The notes below the pieces were generated by a model. That model searched no databases. It was not told the origin of the DNA and saw nothing but the letters and a program-made list of their open reading frames with translations. Shown here piece by piece: positions 38,549 to 46,188 of a DNA stretch of 64,000 nt. The position numbers and the translations under genes are program-made. Every line of letters begins with the position of its first letter. Positions within the stretch are counted from its first letter, which is position 1. The stretch comes from a virus: positions 1-64,000 of IMG/VR virus record IMGVR_UViG_3300044675_001548; one strand, written 5' to 3'.

Positions 38549-40174
38549 TTATATATATGCAGCATGTTCAGTTATACGAACTCTGTCTATAAATGCTTCA
38601 TCAGCAGCATTACTTAATTGAATAGCAAATAAAATGTAAAGCTGACCTAGGTCTACAGTTGAATTTTGTATAGTATTACCTGTATTACTTAAATCACTTG
38701 CAGATTGTGTTAATCCATTAAACATTGTAAATACAGTATCTATTTTTTTAACATCTCTAAAATTTCTTAAATAGGCATTTGCTGCTGCAGGTTGATTTGC
38801 ACCTGTTGCTATTTTTACAAAAGTACCTGAAAAATCTGATGTATCTGATAAATATACTTGAGATTGAACATTTCCTAGTGCAGTAGTTCTATAACAACCC
38901 CAAGATATTTCAAGAATTGAATCTGTTGCTAACATACCACTTATATCCTTAAATACTGAAATAACAGGAACAGTAGTTCCAGTAACTCCAGCTCCAAAAT
39001 CAGGATGGTTAAATATAGTTTTAACATAATCAGGTGGTACAGGACCAGCCGGACCAGGAATTCCTTGAATCCCTTGAGGACCCTGAGGACCAGTAGCACC
39101 CTGTGCAGCAAGTAGTGCCCAATTTGCAGTATCAACAGATGGATCTGTAACAGATGGACCTACACCAGATGGATTATAACAAAAGAATGATTCACCTGCA
39201 AAAGATACAGCATCATTCTCAGCATATGTACCAGCATTAGACCATGCGCCACTCCAGTTTAATCCTGCTGGACCAACTGGTCCCGGAACTCCTTGTGGTC
39301 CTTGTGCACCCTGTGCTCCTGTTGCACCTGTAGCACCATTTGCACCTGCAGGTCCTACGGCACCTTGTGATGCCAATAAAGCCCAATTTAATGGATCAAT
39401 ATCTGGACTAGTAGTTCCTGATGTTGCTGTTATACAAAAGTAAGATGCACCTGCATAACCAACTGCATCATCTACATTATATGAATTTCCAGAAACCCAC
39501 GCACCTTGCCAATTCAATCCAGCAGGTCCTACTGGTCCAGGCACACCTTGTATTCCTTGAGGACCTGTTGGTCCCACTGGTCCAAGAGGCCCTTGAGCAC
39601 CGGTAGCTCCAGTTAAACCAATTGGTCCTTGTATACCTTGAGGTCCAACAGCACCTTGTATACCTTGTGCTCCCTGAATACCTTGAGGACCTTGTGCACC
39701 TTGAGATGCTAACAATGCCCAGTTTGCAGTAGCTAAGTTTGGAGGAGTTGTTCCTGATGTTGGAGCAATACAGTACCATGAAGCACCATTATAACCAACT
39801 GAATCATTTATTGAATAAGATGTACCGGATACCCATGTACCTTCCCATACTAAACCGGCAGGTCCCACAGGTCCTGGATTTCCTTGAATACCTTGTACTC
39901 CAGAAGGTCCTTGTATACCAGCTGGTCCAGTAGCTCCCTGATTTCCTTGAGGTCCGGCAATTCCCTGAGGCCCCTGAGGTCCTTGTGGTCCAGTTGGACC
40001 GGTTGCGCCTGGTGTTATTTGACCTATAAAGTCCTGTACAGTAATTGCTCCTGCCAGATAAGCGTCATCTCTTCTAGGATCTTTAAGTCCTACTGGTAAT
40101 ACTGTTTTAGCAGGATCTACAGATGTTACTTGTCTGCGGCCTCTGATCCAAGAAATAAAATTTAAGATATCCAT
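38549..40174 (-). CDS. Collagen-like fibre protein, 541 aa
   Basis: (G-X-Y)n runs interleaved with three GPAGL.W.G.W...Y...D.V...G.S..C...WALLA modules. Confidence 0.85.
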   Translation of the reverse strand: MDILNFISWIRGRRQVTSVDPAKTVLPVGLKDPRRDDAYLAGAITVQDFIGQITPGATGPTGPQGPQGPQGIAGPQGNQGATGPAGIQGPSGVQGIQGNPGPVGPAGLVWEGTWVSGTSYSINDSVGYNGASWYCIAPTSGTTPPNLATANWALLASQGAQGPQGIQGAQGIQGAVGPQGIQGPIGLTGATGAQGPLGPVGPTGPQGIQGVPGPVGPAGLNWQGAWVSGNSYNVDDAVGYAGASYFCITATSGTTSPDIDPLNWALLASQGAVGPAGANGATGATGAQGAQGPQGVPGPVGPAGLNWSGAWSNAGTYAENDAVSFAGESFFCYNPSGVGPSVTDPSVDTANWALLAAQGATGPQGPQGIQGIPGPAGPVPPDYVKTIFNHPDFGAGVTGTTVPVISVFKDISGMLATDSILEISWGCYRTTALGNVQSQVYLSDTSDFSGTFVKIATGANQPAAANAYLRNFRDVKKIDTVFTMFNGLTQSASDLSNTGNTIQNSTVDLGQLYILFAIQLSNAADEAFIDRVRITEHAAYI

Positions 40175-40203
40175 GATTTATTTATTTAGTTATTAATTAT
40201 ATA

Positions 40204-40851
40204 TTATACACCAGTGTATGATACGGTACATGTATTATTGATTAAGTATTCAATTTCAAATGAGACATTTACCTCAATAGTTGTTGCAGGTAGAACTGTA
40301 AGTGGACAAGGATCTACCTTCAGTTCAAGTATAACTTCTACATTATTACCCACAACATTATATGTATGTTCAAATGTAATCTGAGCATAGTTTAATCCAC
40401 TTAGGGTACTTAGATCAGTTACAGTATTAAATAATCCAAGAGGTTCTACTTTTTGTTTTAATGATATTCCTGGTACATCTGCATATGCAACACCAGAAGT
40501 TTTCCATGGATAAATTCCAAAGTTTGATAAACCAAATCCATTTTCTACAAGTATTGTTCCTAACGGAACTGCATAACTTCCGGCTGATTGTAAAACCACA
40601 GACCCTCCAACTTTCCATCCTGATAAATTTTCAATAGGTAAATTAGGATCTATGCTATGTAAATCTTCAACCTTCAGACATGTACTGAGCATGCTGGGTT
40701 TAATAACATAAGGTATTTGAGAAGAAGTAACTTCTGTACTATACTTGTTTGAGTCATTACATGCTGGCAAAAGCAAATTCACATTGCTTGCCAATACTTC
40801 AATAGATTGATTATTATATTGCCAGGTATATGGGAATAATGGAGTAGGCAT
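40204..40851 (-). CDS. Hypothetical protein, 215 aa
   Basis: ORF track. Confidence 0.7.
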   Translation of the reverse strand: MPTPLFPYTWQYNNQSIEVLASNVNLLLPACNDSNKYSTEVTSSQIPYVIKPSMLSTCLKVEDLHSIDPNLPIENLSGWKVGGSVVLQSAGSYAVPLGTILVENGFGLSNFGIYPWKTSGVAYADVPGISLKQKVEPLGLFNTVTDLSTLSGLNYAQITFEHTYNVVGNNVEVILELKVDPCPLTVLPATTIEVNVSFEIEYLINNTCTVSYTGV

Positions 40852-40899
40852 TGTAATTACATTTATAATATACTATAATATACAAAAAATATTTGATAT

Positions 40900-40929
40900 A
40901 AAAAAATCCTTAGCTAAAAAACTAAGGAT
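40900..40929 (-). terminator. Intrinsic terminator
   Basis: Inverted repeat ATCCTTAG/CTAAGGAT flanked by A and T tracts. Confidence 0.7.
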
Positions 40930-40953
40930 CTTTTTGTTTGGAGAGTATATAGG

Positions 40954-41151
40954 TTAAAACATCAAGCCCATAAAGAATGCTATCAGCAGCATTACAATTA
41001 AAGTTATATTAGCATATTTTTTTCCTTCTGGGTCTTCTTCCCAGACATTGTGCATCTTATTATATAAGGGTTTACTCATAGCATTATTTACTAAAAACAA
41101 GAACCCTAATACTATTACACCAAATATAAACATGATTCCTTTTATAATCAT
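40954..41151 (-). CDS. Small two-TM membrane protein, 65 aa
   Basis: Two hydrophobic segments. Confidence 0.65.
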   Translation of the reverse strand: MIIKGIMFIFGVIVLGFLFLVNNAMSKPLYNKMHNVWEEDPEGKKYANITLIVMLLIAFFMGLMF

Positions 41152-41426
41152 AGTGAGTCAATTCTTTTTTGTAAATATACTAAAGCTTTTTCTAAATCTT
41201 CTTTTTCTGTAGAAATATTTTTCTTACCAGCCCGGGCAACATACTTAATTACATTACCTAGATAGAAGTCTTTGTCTAGTCCCCAAGCTTCTAATACTTG
41301 GAATACCTCATATATATTATCCTTGCCGCCATAATACTCCGGCCGGGGTCCTTTATCTGGTTGTAGATTGAGCACTCTATCTGTAACATCAATAAGAGTA
41401 GCTCTTATTTTATTATCCTGACTCAT
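41148..41426 (-). CDS. DUF3310 (SaV-like) protein
   Basis: P.YYGG...EVFQVLEAW...FYLGNVIKYVARAGKK...EDLEKALVYL. Confidence 0.8.
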   Translation of the reverse strand: MSQDNKIRATLIDVTDRVLNLQPDKGPRPEYYGGKDNIYEVFQVLEAWGLDKDFYLGNVIKYVARAGKKNISTEKEDLEKALVYLQKRIDSL

Positions 41427-41429
41427 GAC

Positions 41430-41729
41430 TTACCACACTATAATTACATCACCTTCATTAAGAACAAGCTTTATACTTCCATCTATTTCTATTCTCTCTA
41501 CTTGTTCCATGTTAAGTGCTGAGGTTCTTACATATACTTGATCACCTTCCTTTACTTCTTCTACTTTATCGCCTGTGGCATAAACTGTAAGTTTACTCCA
41601 AAGCTTAGCAGCCTCTTGCATCATTGCCTCTTCATCCTTAGCTGATAATTCTAGTGCTGACTTTTTTCTTTCAGGTACACTTAATAAAATAGTGCGGCCT
41701 CTTAATAACTTAAACGGTTTCATGTTCAT
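41430..41729 (-). CDS. groES: GroES-like co-chaperonin
   Basis: KLLRGRTILL...VYATGDKVEEVKEGDQV...LVLNEGDVI. Confidence 0.7.
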   Translation of the reverse strand: MNMKPFKLLRGRTILLSVPERKKSALELSAKDEEAMMQEAAKLWSKLTVYATGDKVEEVKEGDQVYVRTSALNMEQVERIEIDGSIKLVLNEGDVIIVW

Positions 41730-42013
41730 TTATTTTTTAGAGTTAATACTTTTACTACTGACATAGATGCATTTAATATCTCACCTAATGCATGGTCAAA
41801 AAGCAGGCTTTTCAACGGACCTCTTTCATTCTCATAGTCTTTCTTTAAGATCTCAGCCATCTCAGCTGCTAATAACTTTACTTTAGTTACTGTGGTATCA
41901 TCTAAGTTATCTGGATCTAATCCCATTAACTGATGTCCAAATGGGATGATCTTGTGCTCAAGTACTTCTGGAGCTTGATCTGGTATAGCATATACCGGTT
42001 TCTTTTCACTCAT
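41726..42013 (-). CDS. Acb2/Tad1-like helical-hairpin protein (candidate nucleotide sponge)
   Basis: FG..L.G......D..V..VK..AA.....L......A.GEILNA.M.VVKV pattern. Confidence 0.4.
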   Translation of the reverse strand: MSEKKPVYAIPDQAPEVLEHKIIPFGHQLMGLDPDNLDDTTVTKVKLLAAEMAEILKKDYENERGPLKSLLFDHALGEILNASMSVVKVLTLKNK

Positions 42014-42031
42014 ATTGTTGGTTTTAAAAAT

Positions 42032-42331
42032 TTACGCATCATACTTTTGGTTAGTGGTAGTAGAAGATGGTACTTTCTCTACCATAGGAGGATCTTCTGA
42101 CAAGAGTGTAAACTTAATCTTCTCTAAGATACCTATGATATGTGGATTGCCATAAGCACCCTCATTAACTCTTACCTCCAAACCTCCTTCTGTTTCTGTG
42201 ATAGAAACAATCACTGTATCTTTTTCCATATCTAATATTTTTAATAGTTCATCATATACCATCCTAGCCTCTAAGTTAGACCCTGTCTTTTCTGCAACAA
42301 GCAACCATAACTTTTTCTGTTCTAGTGTCAT
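42032..42331 (-). CDS. Hypothetical protein, 99 aa
   Basis: ORF track; TATATTTG (-7 box) upstream at 42355-42362. Confidence 0.65.
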   Translation of the reverse strand: MTLEQKKLWLLVAEKTGSNLEARMVYDELLKILDMEKDTVIVSITETEGGLEVRVNEGAYGNPHIIGILEKIKFTLLSEDPPMVEKVPSSTTTNQKYDA

Positions 42332-42383
42332 CTCATATAATAAACTTGATCTGACAAATATATAAATTTTTTTTGTTTAAACT

Positions 42384-42408
42384 AAAAACCCCGGAAAATT
42401 TCCAGGGC
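42384..42408 (-). terminator. Intrinsic terminator
   Basis: GCCCTGGAA-ATT-TTCCGGGG followed by a T tract. Confidence 0.7.
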
Positions 42409-42471
42409 TTCTAGCAAATCAAATCAATTATGTTTATCATTTAGTAAAATGAACAGTACAAATATAATAAA

Positions 42472-43104
42472 TTATTCTGTATCATAAAACATTCTTTCAG
42501 AATCTTCTGTATTCCATTTTTCATAACCCTCACAATTGTAGTAGTCTTTGTTAACCAGATAGTCAGGTCTCTCAGGAAAAGGCTTAGTAACAAAGCTAGG
42601 TTCAGACCACTTAATCCGGTTGTTAGGTTGTAGTGCTATCTGACCATTGTCCAGGAGAATAATATGGTGACTCTTATGTTCTAGTGCATCTTCAGCCAGA
42701 GACAAGTCTGTGTTCATATCATTACTACCCCAGTTAATAGTAGCATAGTAGTTTCCTTTGTGGAACTTTTTATCTTTCATATAAATTTCCACTGGAGTAT
42801 CATAAAGATATGACAGATGTAGTAGAGTGAAGTTATAGGAAAAACAATTCCATATCTGTAAGTAATGAAACGGCAGATCAGGATCAGGTAGCTTTGGTTC
42901 AGTAAGTAATGCATGGGCTGGTAGCTTATCTCTAAGCACTCCATTGTCTAACAGTACCTGGAACAGTGCAGCTTGTCCCGGCATACACCTAACTGAAATG
43001 ATAACCCCCGGGGTAAATTCTCCTAAACCCTTAGTGTGCTGATACATGTACTCATTCCTAACATATACCTTCAGTGGAAAAAAATTGTGTTCTATATATG
43101 CCAT
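42472..43104 (-). CDS. Conserved phage hypothetical protein (start moved to MAYIEHN)
   Basis: The track's N-terminal extension crosses a terminator; HKSHHIILLDNGQIALQPNNRI motif. Confidence 0.75.
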   Translation of the reverse strand: MAYIEHNFFPLKVYVRNEYMYQHTKGLGEFTPGVIISVRCMPGQAALFQVLLDNGVLRDKLPAHALLTEPKLPDPDLPFHYLQIWNCFSYNFTLLHLSYLYDTPVEIYMKDKKFHKGNYYATINWGSNDMNTDLSLAEDALEHKSHHIILLDNGQIALQPNNRIKWSEPSFVTKPFPERPDYLVNKDYYNCEGYEKWNTEDSERMFYDTE

Positions 43105-43117
43105 GTAACAAAGATAT

Positions 43118-43146
43118 AAAAAAATCCCGGACTGTAACACCCGGGA
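43118..43146 (-). terminator. Intrinsic terminator
   Basis: TCCCGG-N10-CCGGGA followed by T7. Confidence 0.6.
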
Positions 43147-43430
43147 CTTCTTACCCAGTCCGTTGACCAGGAAACACATATCTGATTACAAAGATACCAG
43201 ATATTTTGGAATTGCAAATGTTTTATATAAGAGAATGAGGTGATATTGTATATAGTAGGTTGTGGTGGCTCCTACATCATGACACCCCGGGCCCACGCTG
43301 GAGCTGGTGTACCCCCGGCAAATCTGTGGAGAATGATTGAAAATCTGACTGTGAAAAAAGATTTTTTTTACACAGGAAAAAGATCTAGTGTTCTACAAAC
43401 AACTTAGTACTTACATTAAAATTAATTACT

Positions 43431-43586
43431 ATGAAATCAATACTTATGTACTTGTTTGCTACCCTAATGCTAGGGAGCTTCTCTGGATTATTAATGAGCT
43501 TTGGTAAAGATATGGTACAGCATATAGGATTTATGTCCTTATTCTGGGGTTGTATGCTTATGCCAATGCTTGGGAGTGCTGATTAG
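43431..43586 (+). CDS. Small two-TM protein, 51 aa (not in track)
   Basis: MKSILMYLFATLMLGSFSGLLMSFGKDMVQHIGFMSLFWGCMLMPMLGSAD, between motif copy 1 and a terminator. Confidence 0.65.
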   Translation: MKSILMYLFATLMLGSFSGLLMSFGKDMVQHIGFMSLFWGCMLMPMLGSAD

Positions 43587-43600
43587 CATTCCCTTTTTTT
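43572..43600 (+). terminator. Intrinsic terminator
   Basis: GGGAGTGCT-GATT-AGCATTCCC followed by T7. Confidence 0.85.
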
Positions 43601-43624
43601 CTTGTTGTAACAACTTGTTACTTA

Positions 43625-43730
43625 GTTTAAAAACTAAAATTTGCTAGCCTGTGTAGTGATAGATCAATCACTACCTATTAGAGAAAGAACCCCGCGGTAT
43701 GCTAGAAGGTTTAAGCCCTTGTTTTTTTTC
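43625..43730 (+). ncRNA. Candidate small structured RNA
   Basis: Follows motif copy 2; no ATG ORF; perfect GTAGTGAT/ATCACTAC hairpin inside a CTAGC/GCTAG stem; ends in a T tract. Confidence 0.4.
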
Positions 43731-43773
43731 TTCTTAACATCTTTGTACTCATAGTAAATTAAAATTTATTATT

Positions 43774-43842
43774 ATGATTACTTATGTTATAGTAGATGGT
43801 GTGTTAACCATCAAAGAATACTTAAAGAATGCAAATGCATAA
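43774..43842 (+). CDS. Micro-ORF, 22 aa (MITYVIVDGVLTIKEYLKNANA)
   Basis: Only ORF between motif copy 3 and the terminator at 43851. Confidence 0.55.
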   Translation: MITYVIVDGVLTIKEYLKNANA

Positions 43843-43850
43843 TTTTATTT

Positions 43851-43878
43851 AGAGAGCCAATAGAGCTCTCTTTTTTTT
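43851..43878 (+). terminator. Intrinsic terminator
   Basis: AGAGAGC-N7-GCTCTCT followed by a T tract. Confidence 0.8.
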
Positions 43879-43933
43879 CTTGTTTAAACATCTTTGTACT
43901 TACCATAAATATTAACCTTTAAAAATTTACGTT

Positions 43934-44236
43934 ATGAACAAGAATTTATCTTTTGGCTATTCTCACTTAGGATTCCACACATTAATTAAGTTAAATGCTA
44001 AGATAACTTCAGCTGCTGCTGAGTTACTTACAAAAACTTATGGTGTATGGACCAATGACAATGGCAAGTTTGGTTACAGAATAGAAGGGTGTTTAACCTC
44101 TGATAAAGTATATGCTTTCAGACAATCTTTATCTCTTGCTATCTTGGATTACAAAATAGAACAACTAGTTTCAAAGAAACTAAATATTCTAGGTGTACCA
44201 AGATATGTAGAGGCAGATTTAGAACAAGTATACTAA
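43934..44236 (+). CDS. Early hypothetical protein, 100 aa
   Basis: ORF track; bounded by motif copy and terminator. Confidence 0.75.
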   Translation: MNKNLSFGYSHLGFHTLIKLNAKITSAAAELLTKTYGVWTNDNGKFGYRIEGCLTSDKVYAFRQSLSLAILDYKIEQLVSKKLNILGVPRYVEADLEQVY

Positions 44237-44240
44237 ATCA

Positions 44241-44266
44241 GAGAGGGGTAACACCCTTTCTTTTTT
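44241..44266 (+). terminator. Intrinsic terminator
   Basis: GAGAGGG-GTAACA-CCCTTTC followed by T6. Confidence 0.75.
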
Positions 44267-44306
44267 CCTGTATAACATCTTAATACTTAAATTAAAATTT
44301 AATATT

Positions 44307-44543
44307 ATGAAAAGAGAGAATCTTAAATGGGCTATTGCATCTGTTGCATTAGCCTTTGGTAGTGGATTATTTATAGGCTTTACCTATACATATCAACCAA
44401 GAGTAGAATCTCCAATGGGCAACAAGATAGAGTATTATCTTGAGCTACAAGGAGACAATGCTATTGTTGAGAGTAGATATGGTAGAGTATATAAATGCCA
44501 TCAAGACAGCATTTCAAGTGTATTAAATAAGGACAACCTGTAA
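44307..44543 (+). CDS. Early membrane-anchored protein, 78 aa
   Basis: N-terminal TM helix; bounded by motif copy and terminator. Confidence 0.75.
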   Translation: MKRENLKWAIASVALAFGSGLFIGFTYTYQPRVESPMGNKIEYYLELQGDNAIVESRYGRVYKCHQDSISSVLNKDNL

Positions 44544-44560
44544 TGGGTTGTTCTTTTTTT
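44531..44560 (+). terminator. Intrinsic terminator
   Basis: GGACAACC-N7-GGTTGTTC followed by T7. Confidence 0.8.
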
Positions 44561-44595
44561 CATCTTGCTCCGCAGCTTAAGCATCTTTATACTTA

Positions 44596-44706
44596 TATGG
44601 ATAATAATTATTATTATTTAAAACAGCTGTTATGGTTTGGCCTCTACATAACATAAGCTGGTACAAAGCCGCCAACTCCTGTGTAAAAGCAGGAGTTATT
44701 ATTTTT
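44596..44706 (+). ncRNA. Candidate small structured RNA
   Basis: Follows motif copy 6; CAGCT-GTTATG...CATAAC-ATA-AGCTG hairpin, then AACTCCTG/CAGGAGTT terminator hairpin. Confidence 0.4.
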
Positions 44707-44737
44707 CTTGTTAAACATCTTAATACTTATATTAAAT

Positions 44738-45021
44738 TGTTCTTGTCCAAGCAGGTAAACACAATCAGTTATACTGAGCGTGTGGATACTATACCAAGAT
44801 AATGTTATGTGAAGTACAGTAACATATAGAGATTATCAAACTCAAGGATTGCAACCTTGCAAGAACACAACAACTAGTGGGGGCAAACTCTGTGATAGAA
44901 CTTTATAAGTTCTTAGGGTGCCAGTTATTACACGTGTGTAATTAGGGCGGGTGAAGCCACAGGGTGACATCTCTACCAAAGTGAGAGAACACCTTAGCGG
45001 GATGCTAGGGTGTTCATTTTT
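44738..45021 (+). ncRNA. Structured ncRNA, about 280 nt, with a tRNA-shaped 5' domain
   Basis: 8-bp closing stem TGTTCTTG/CAAGAACA; T-arm-like CAAGG-ATTGCAA-CCTTG; several internal hairpins; 12-bp terminator at 44987-45015; no + strand ORF. Confidence 0.65.
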
Positions 45022-45060
45022 CTTATTAAACATCTTATAACTTAAGTTAAATTAAATACA

Positions 45061-45177
45061 ATGAATACAATATGTTATATCAGAGAGTGCATCAGGAGAA
45101 AAGAGTTTTATCCTGAATGGCTCATAATAAACATAGCAGTAGATGCTATTGTAGTTTATTTAGCATTGAAATATTAG
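45061..45177 (+). CDS. Micro-ORF, 38 aa, with C-terminal TM
   Basis: MNTICYIRECIRRKEFYPEWLIINIAVDAIVVYLALKY; follows motif copy 8 and ends in terminator 45162-45193. Confidence 0.6.
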   Translation: MNTICYIRECIRRKEFYPEWLIINIAVDAIVVYLALKY

Positions 45178-45215
45178 TTCAATGCTTTTTTTTGTAATCT
45201 TTAAATCTATATTAT

Positions 45216-45404
45216 ATGAAAGCTTTTGGATTATTTAACATGTTTGCATGCTATGCATGTACAATCATGAGTGTTACTAGTGTAGTATATCATACTGCAT
45301 TTAGTAGAGATTATGGTACTGCTGCTATACTAGCTTTAGCAGGAGGTGCTATGTTTATCATAGCAAGAACTCTACACAATGAATGGAGACAAGGGAAGCT
45401 TTAA
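45216..45404 (+). CDS. Small two-TM protein, 62 aa
   Basis: ORF track; terminator at 45392-45417. Confidence 0.7.
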   Translation: MKAFGLFNMFACYACTIMSVTSVVYHTAFSRDYGTAAILALAGGAMFIIARTLHNEWRQGKL

Positions 45405-45459
45405 GCTTCTCTTTTTTCTTTAACATCTTTTTACTAGTATTAATTTAAAACTATATATT

Positions 45460-45720
45460 ATGGACAAGAAAATATTGTTAGAACTGAGACGTGAGCTATT
45501 AGACAAAGTAAACAGAAATAGCACTAAAGAAGATTTAGTTGCTCTCATAGAAGAAGTTTCAAAGAAGATGCATCAGTTATACATAGCTGAAAAACTAGAT
45601 GAACAAATTGCTACACTAGAAGTAGAAGGTAAAACCTATAGAGACCTATGTGAGCTATCTGATTTAAGAGCTTCTAGAGCACATCTTCAAGAGGCTATGG
45701 AGAGTAGCACAGGGGAGTAA
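45460..45720 (+). CDS. Early coiled-coil protein, 86 aa
   Basis: ORF track; terminator AGGGGA-GTAA-TCCCCT at 45711-45733. Confidence 0.75.
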   Translation: MDKKILLELRRELLDKVNRNSTKEDLVALIEEVSKKMHQLYIAEKLDEQIATLEVEGKTYRDLCELSDLRASRAHLQEAMESSTGE

Positions 45721-45815
45721 TCCCCTTTTTTTTCTTTTCTCATTTTGCTACGCAGCTTATGGATACAAACATCTTTTTACTTAAATGGATTATTAACCAT
45801 TTAAACTTTTAATTT

Positions 45816-46136
45816 ATGTTGTTTACAGAAACAAAAAGTATGGCCGATTTCTGTGCTGAAATTGGTAGTGTTAACCAAGATGGGAAGCCTGTATATGTGC
45901 TCCGAACCAACAATGACAAAAACCATAAGAATTATGGTAAACGTCATATTGTGTTCAGAGATGCCACAAATGCCAAGGCTGCCATTGCCTCTAAGCTTTC
46001 AGCAGAAGAGGTGGCTGACCCTACCAAGTTGCAAGTGTCTTGGTTTGAAGACGCTGCATCAGACAGAGAAGGGTACATGGTACACGGCATAGGTGTTGCG
46101 GCATCCTATGACGAAGTTGAGATTGTTATTGGCTAA
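45816..46136 (+). CDS. Early hypothetical protein, 106 aa
   Basis: ORF track; bounded by motif copy 10 and a terminator. Confidence 0.75.
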   Translation: MLFTETKSMADFCAEIGSVNQDGKPVYVLRTNNDKNHKNYGKRHIVFRDATNAKAAIASKLSAEEVADPTKLQVSWFEDAASDREGYMVHGIGVAASYDEVEIVIG

Positions 46137-46149
46137 CAAGCTCAATGGG

Positions 46150-46188
46150 ATAATACAGGTAACGGGAGTGTTGCCTGTATTATTTTTT
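46150..46188 (+). terminator. Intrinsic terminator
   Basis: ATAATACAGGTAAC-N6-GTTGCCTGTATTAT followed by a T tract. Confidence 0.85.

Noticed and set aside
101-40618. Short track ORFs nested in or antisense to long genes (e.g. 101..310, 298..501, 841..1071, 16811..17206, 23761..24075, 26085..26438, 39477..39779)
   Set aside because: Shadow ORFs with no independent motifs or expression signals.
44882-44922. c-di-GMP-I riboswitch (GGCAAAC)
   Set aside because: Lacks the GAAA tetraloop and the following receptor stem, and no gene lies downstream within the unit.
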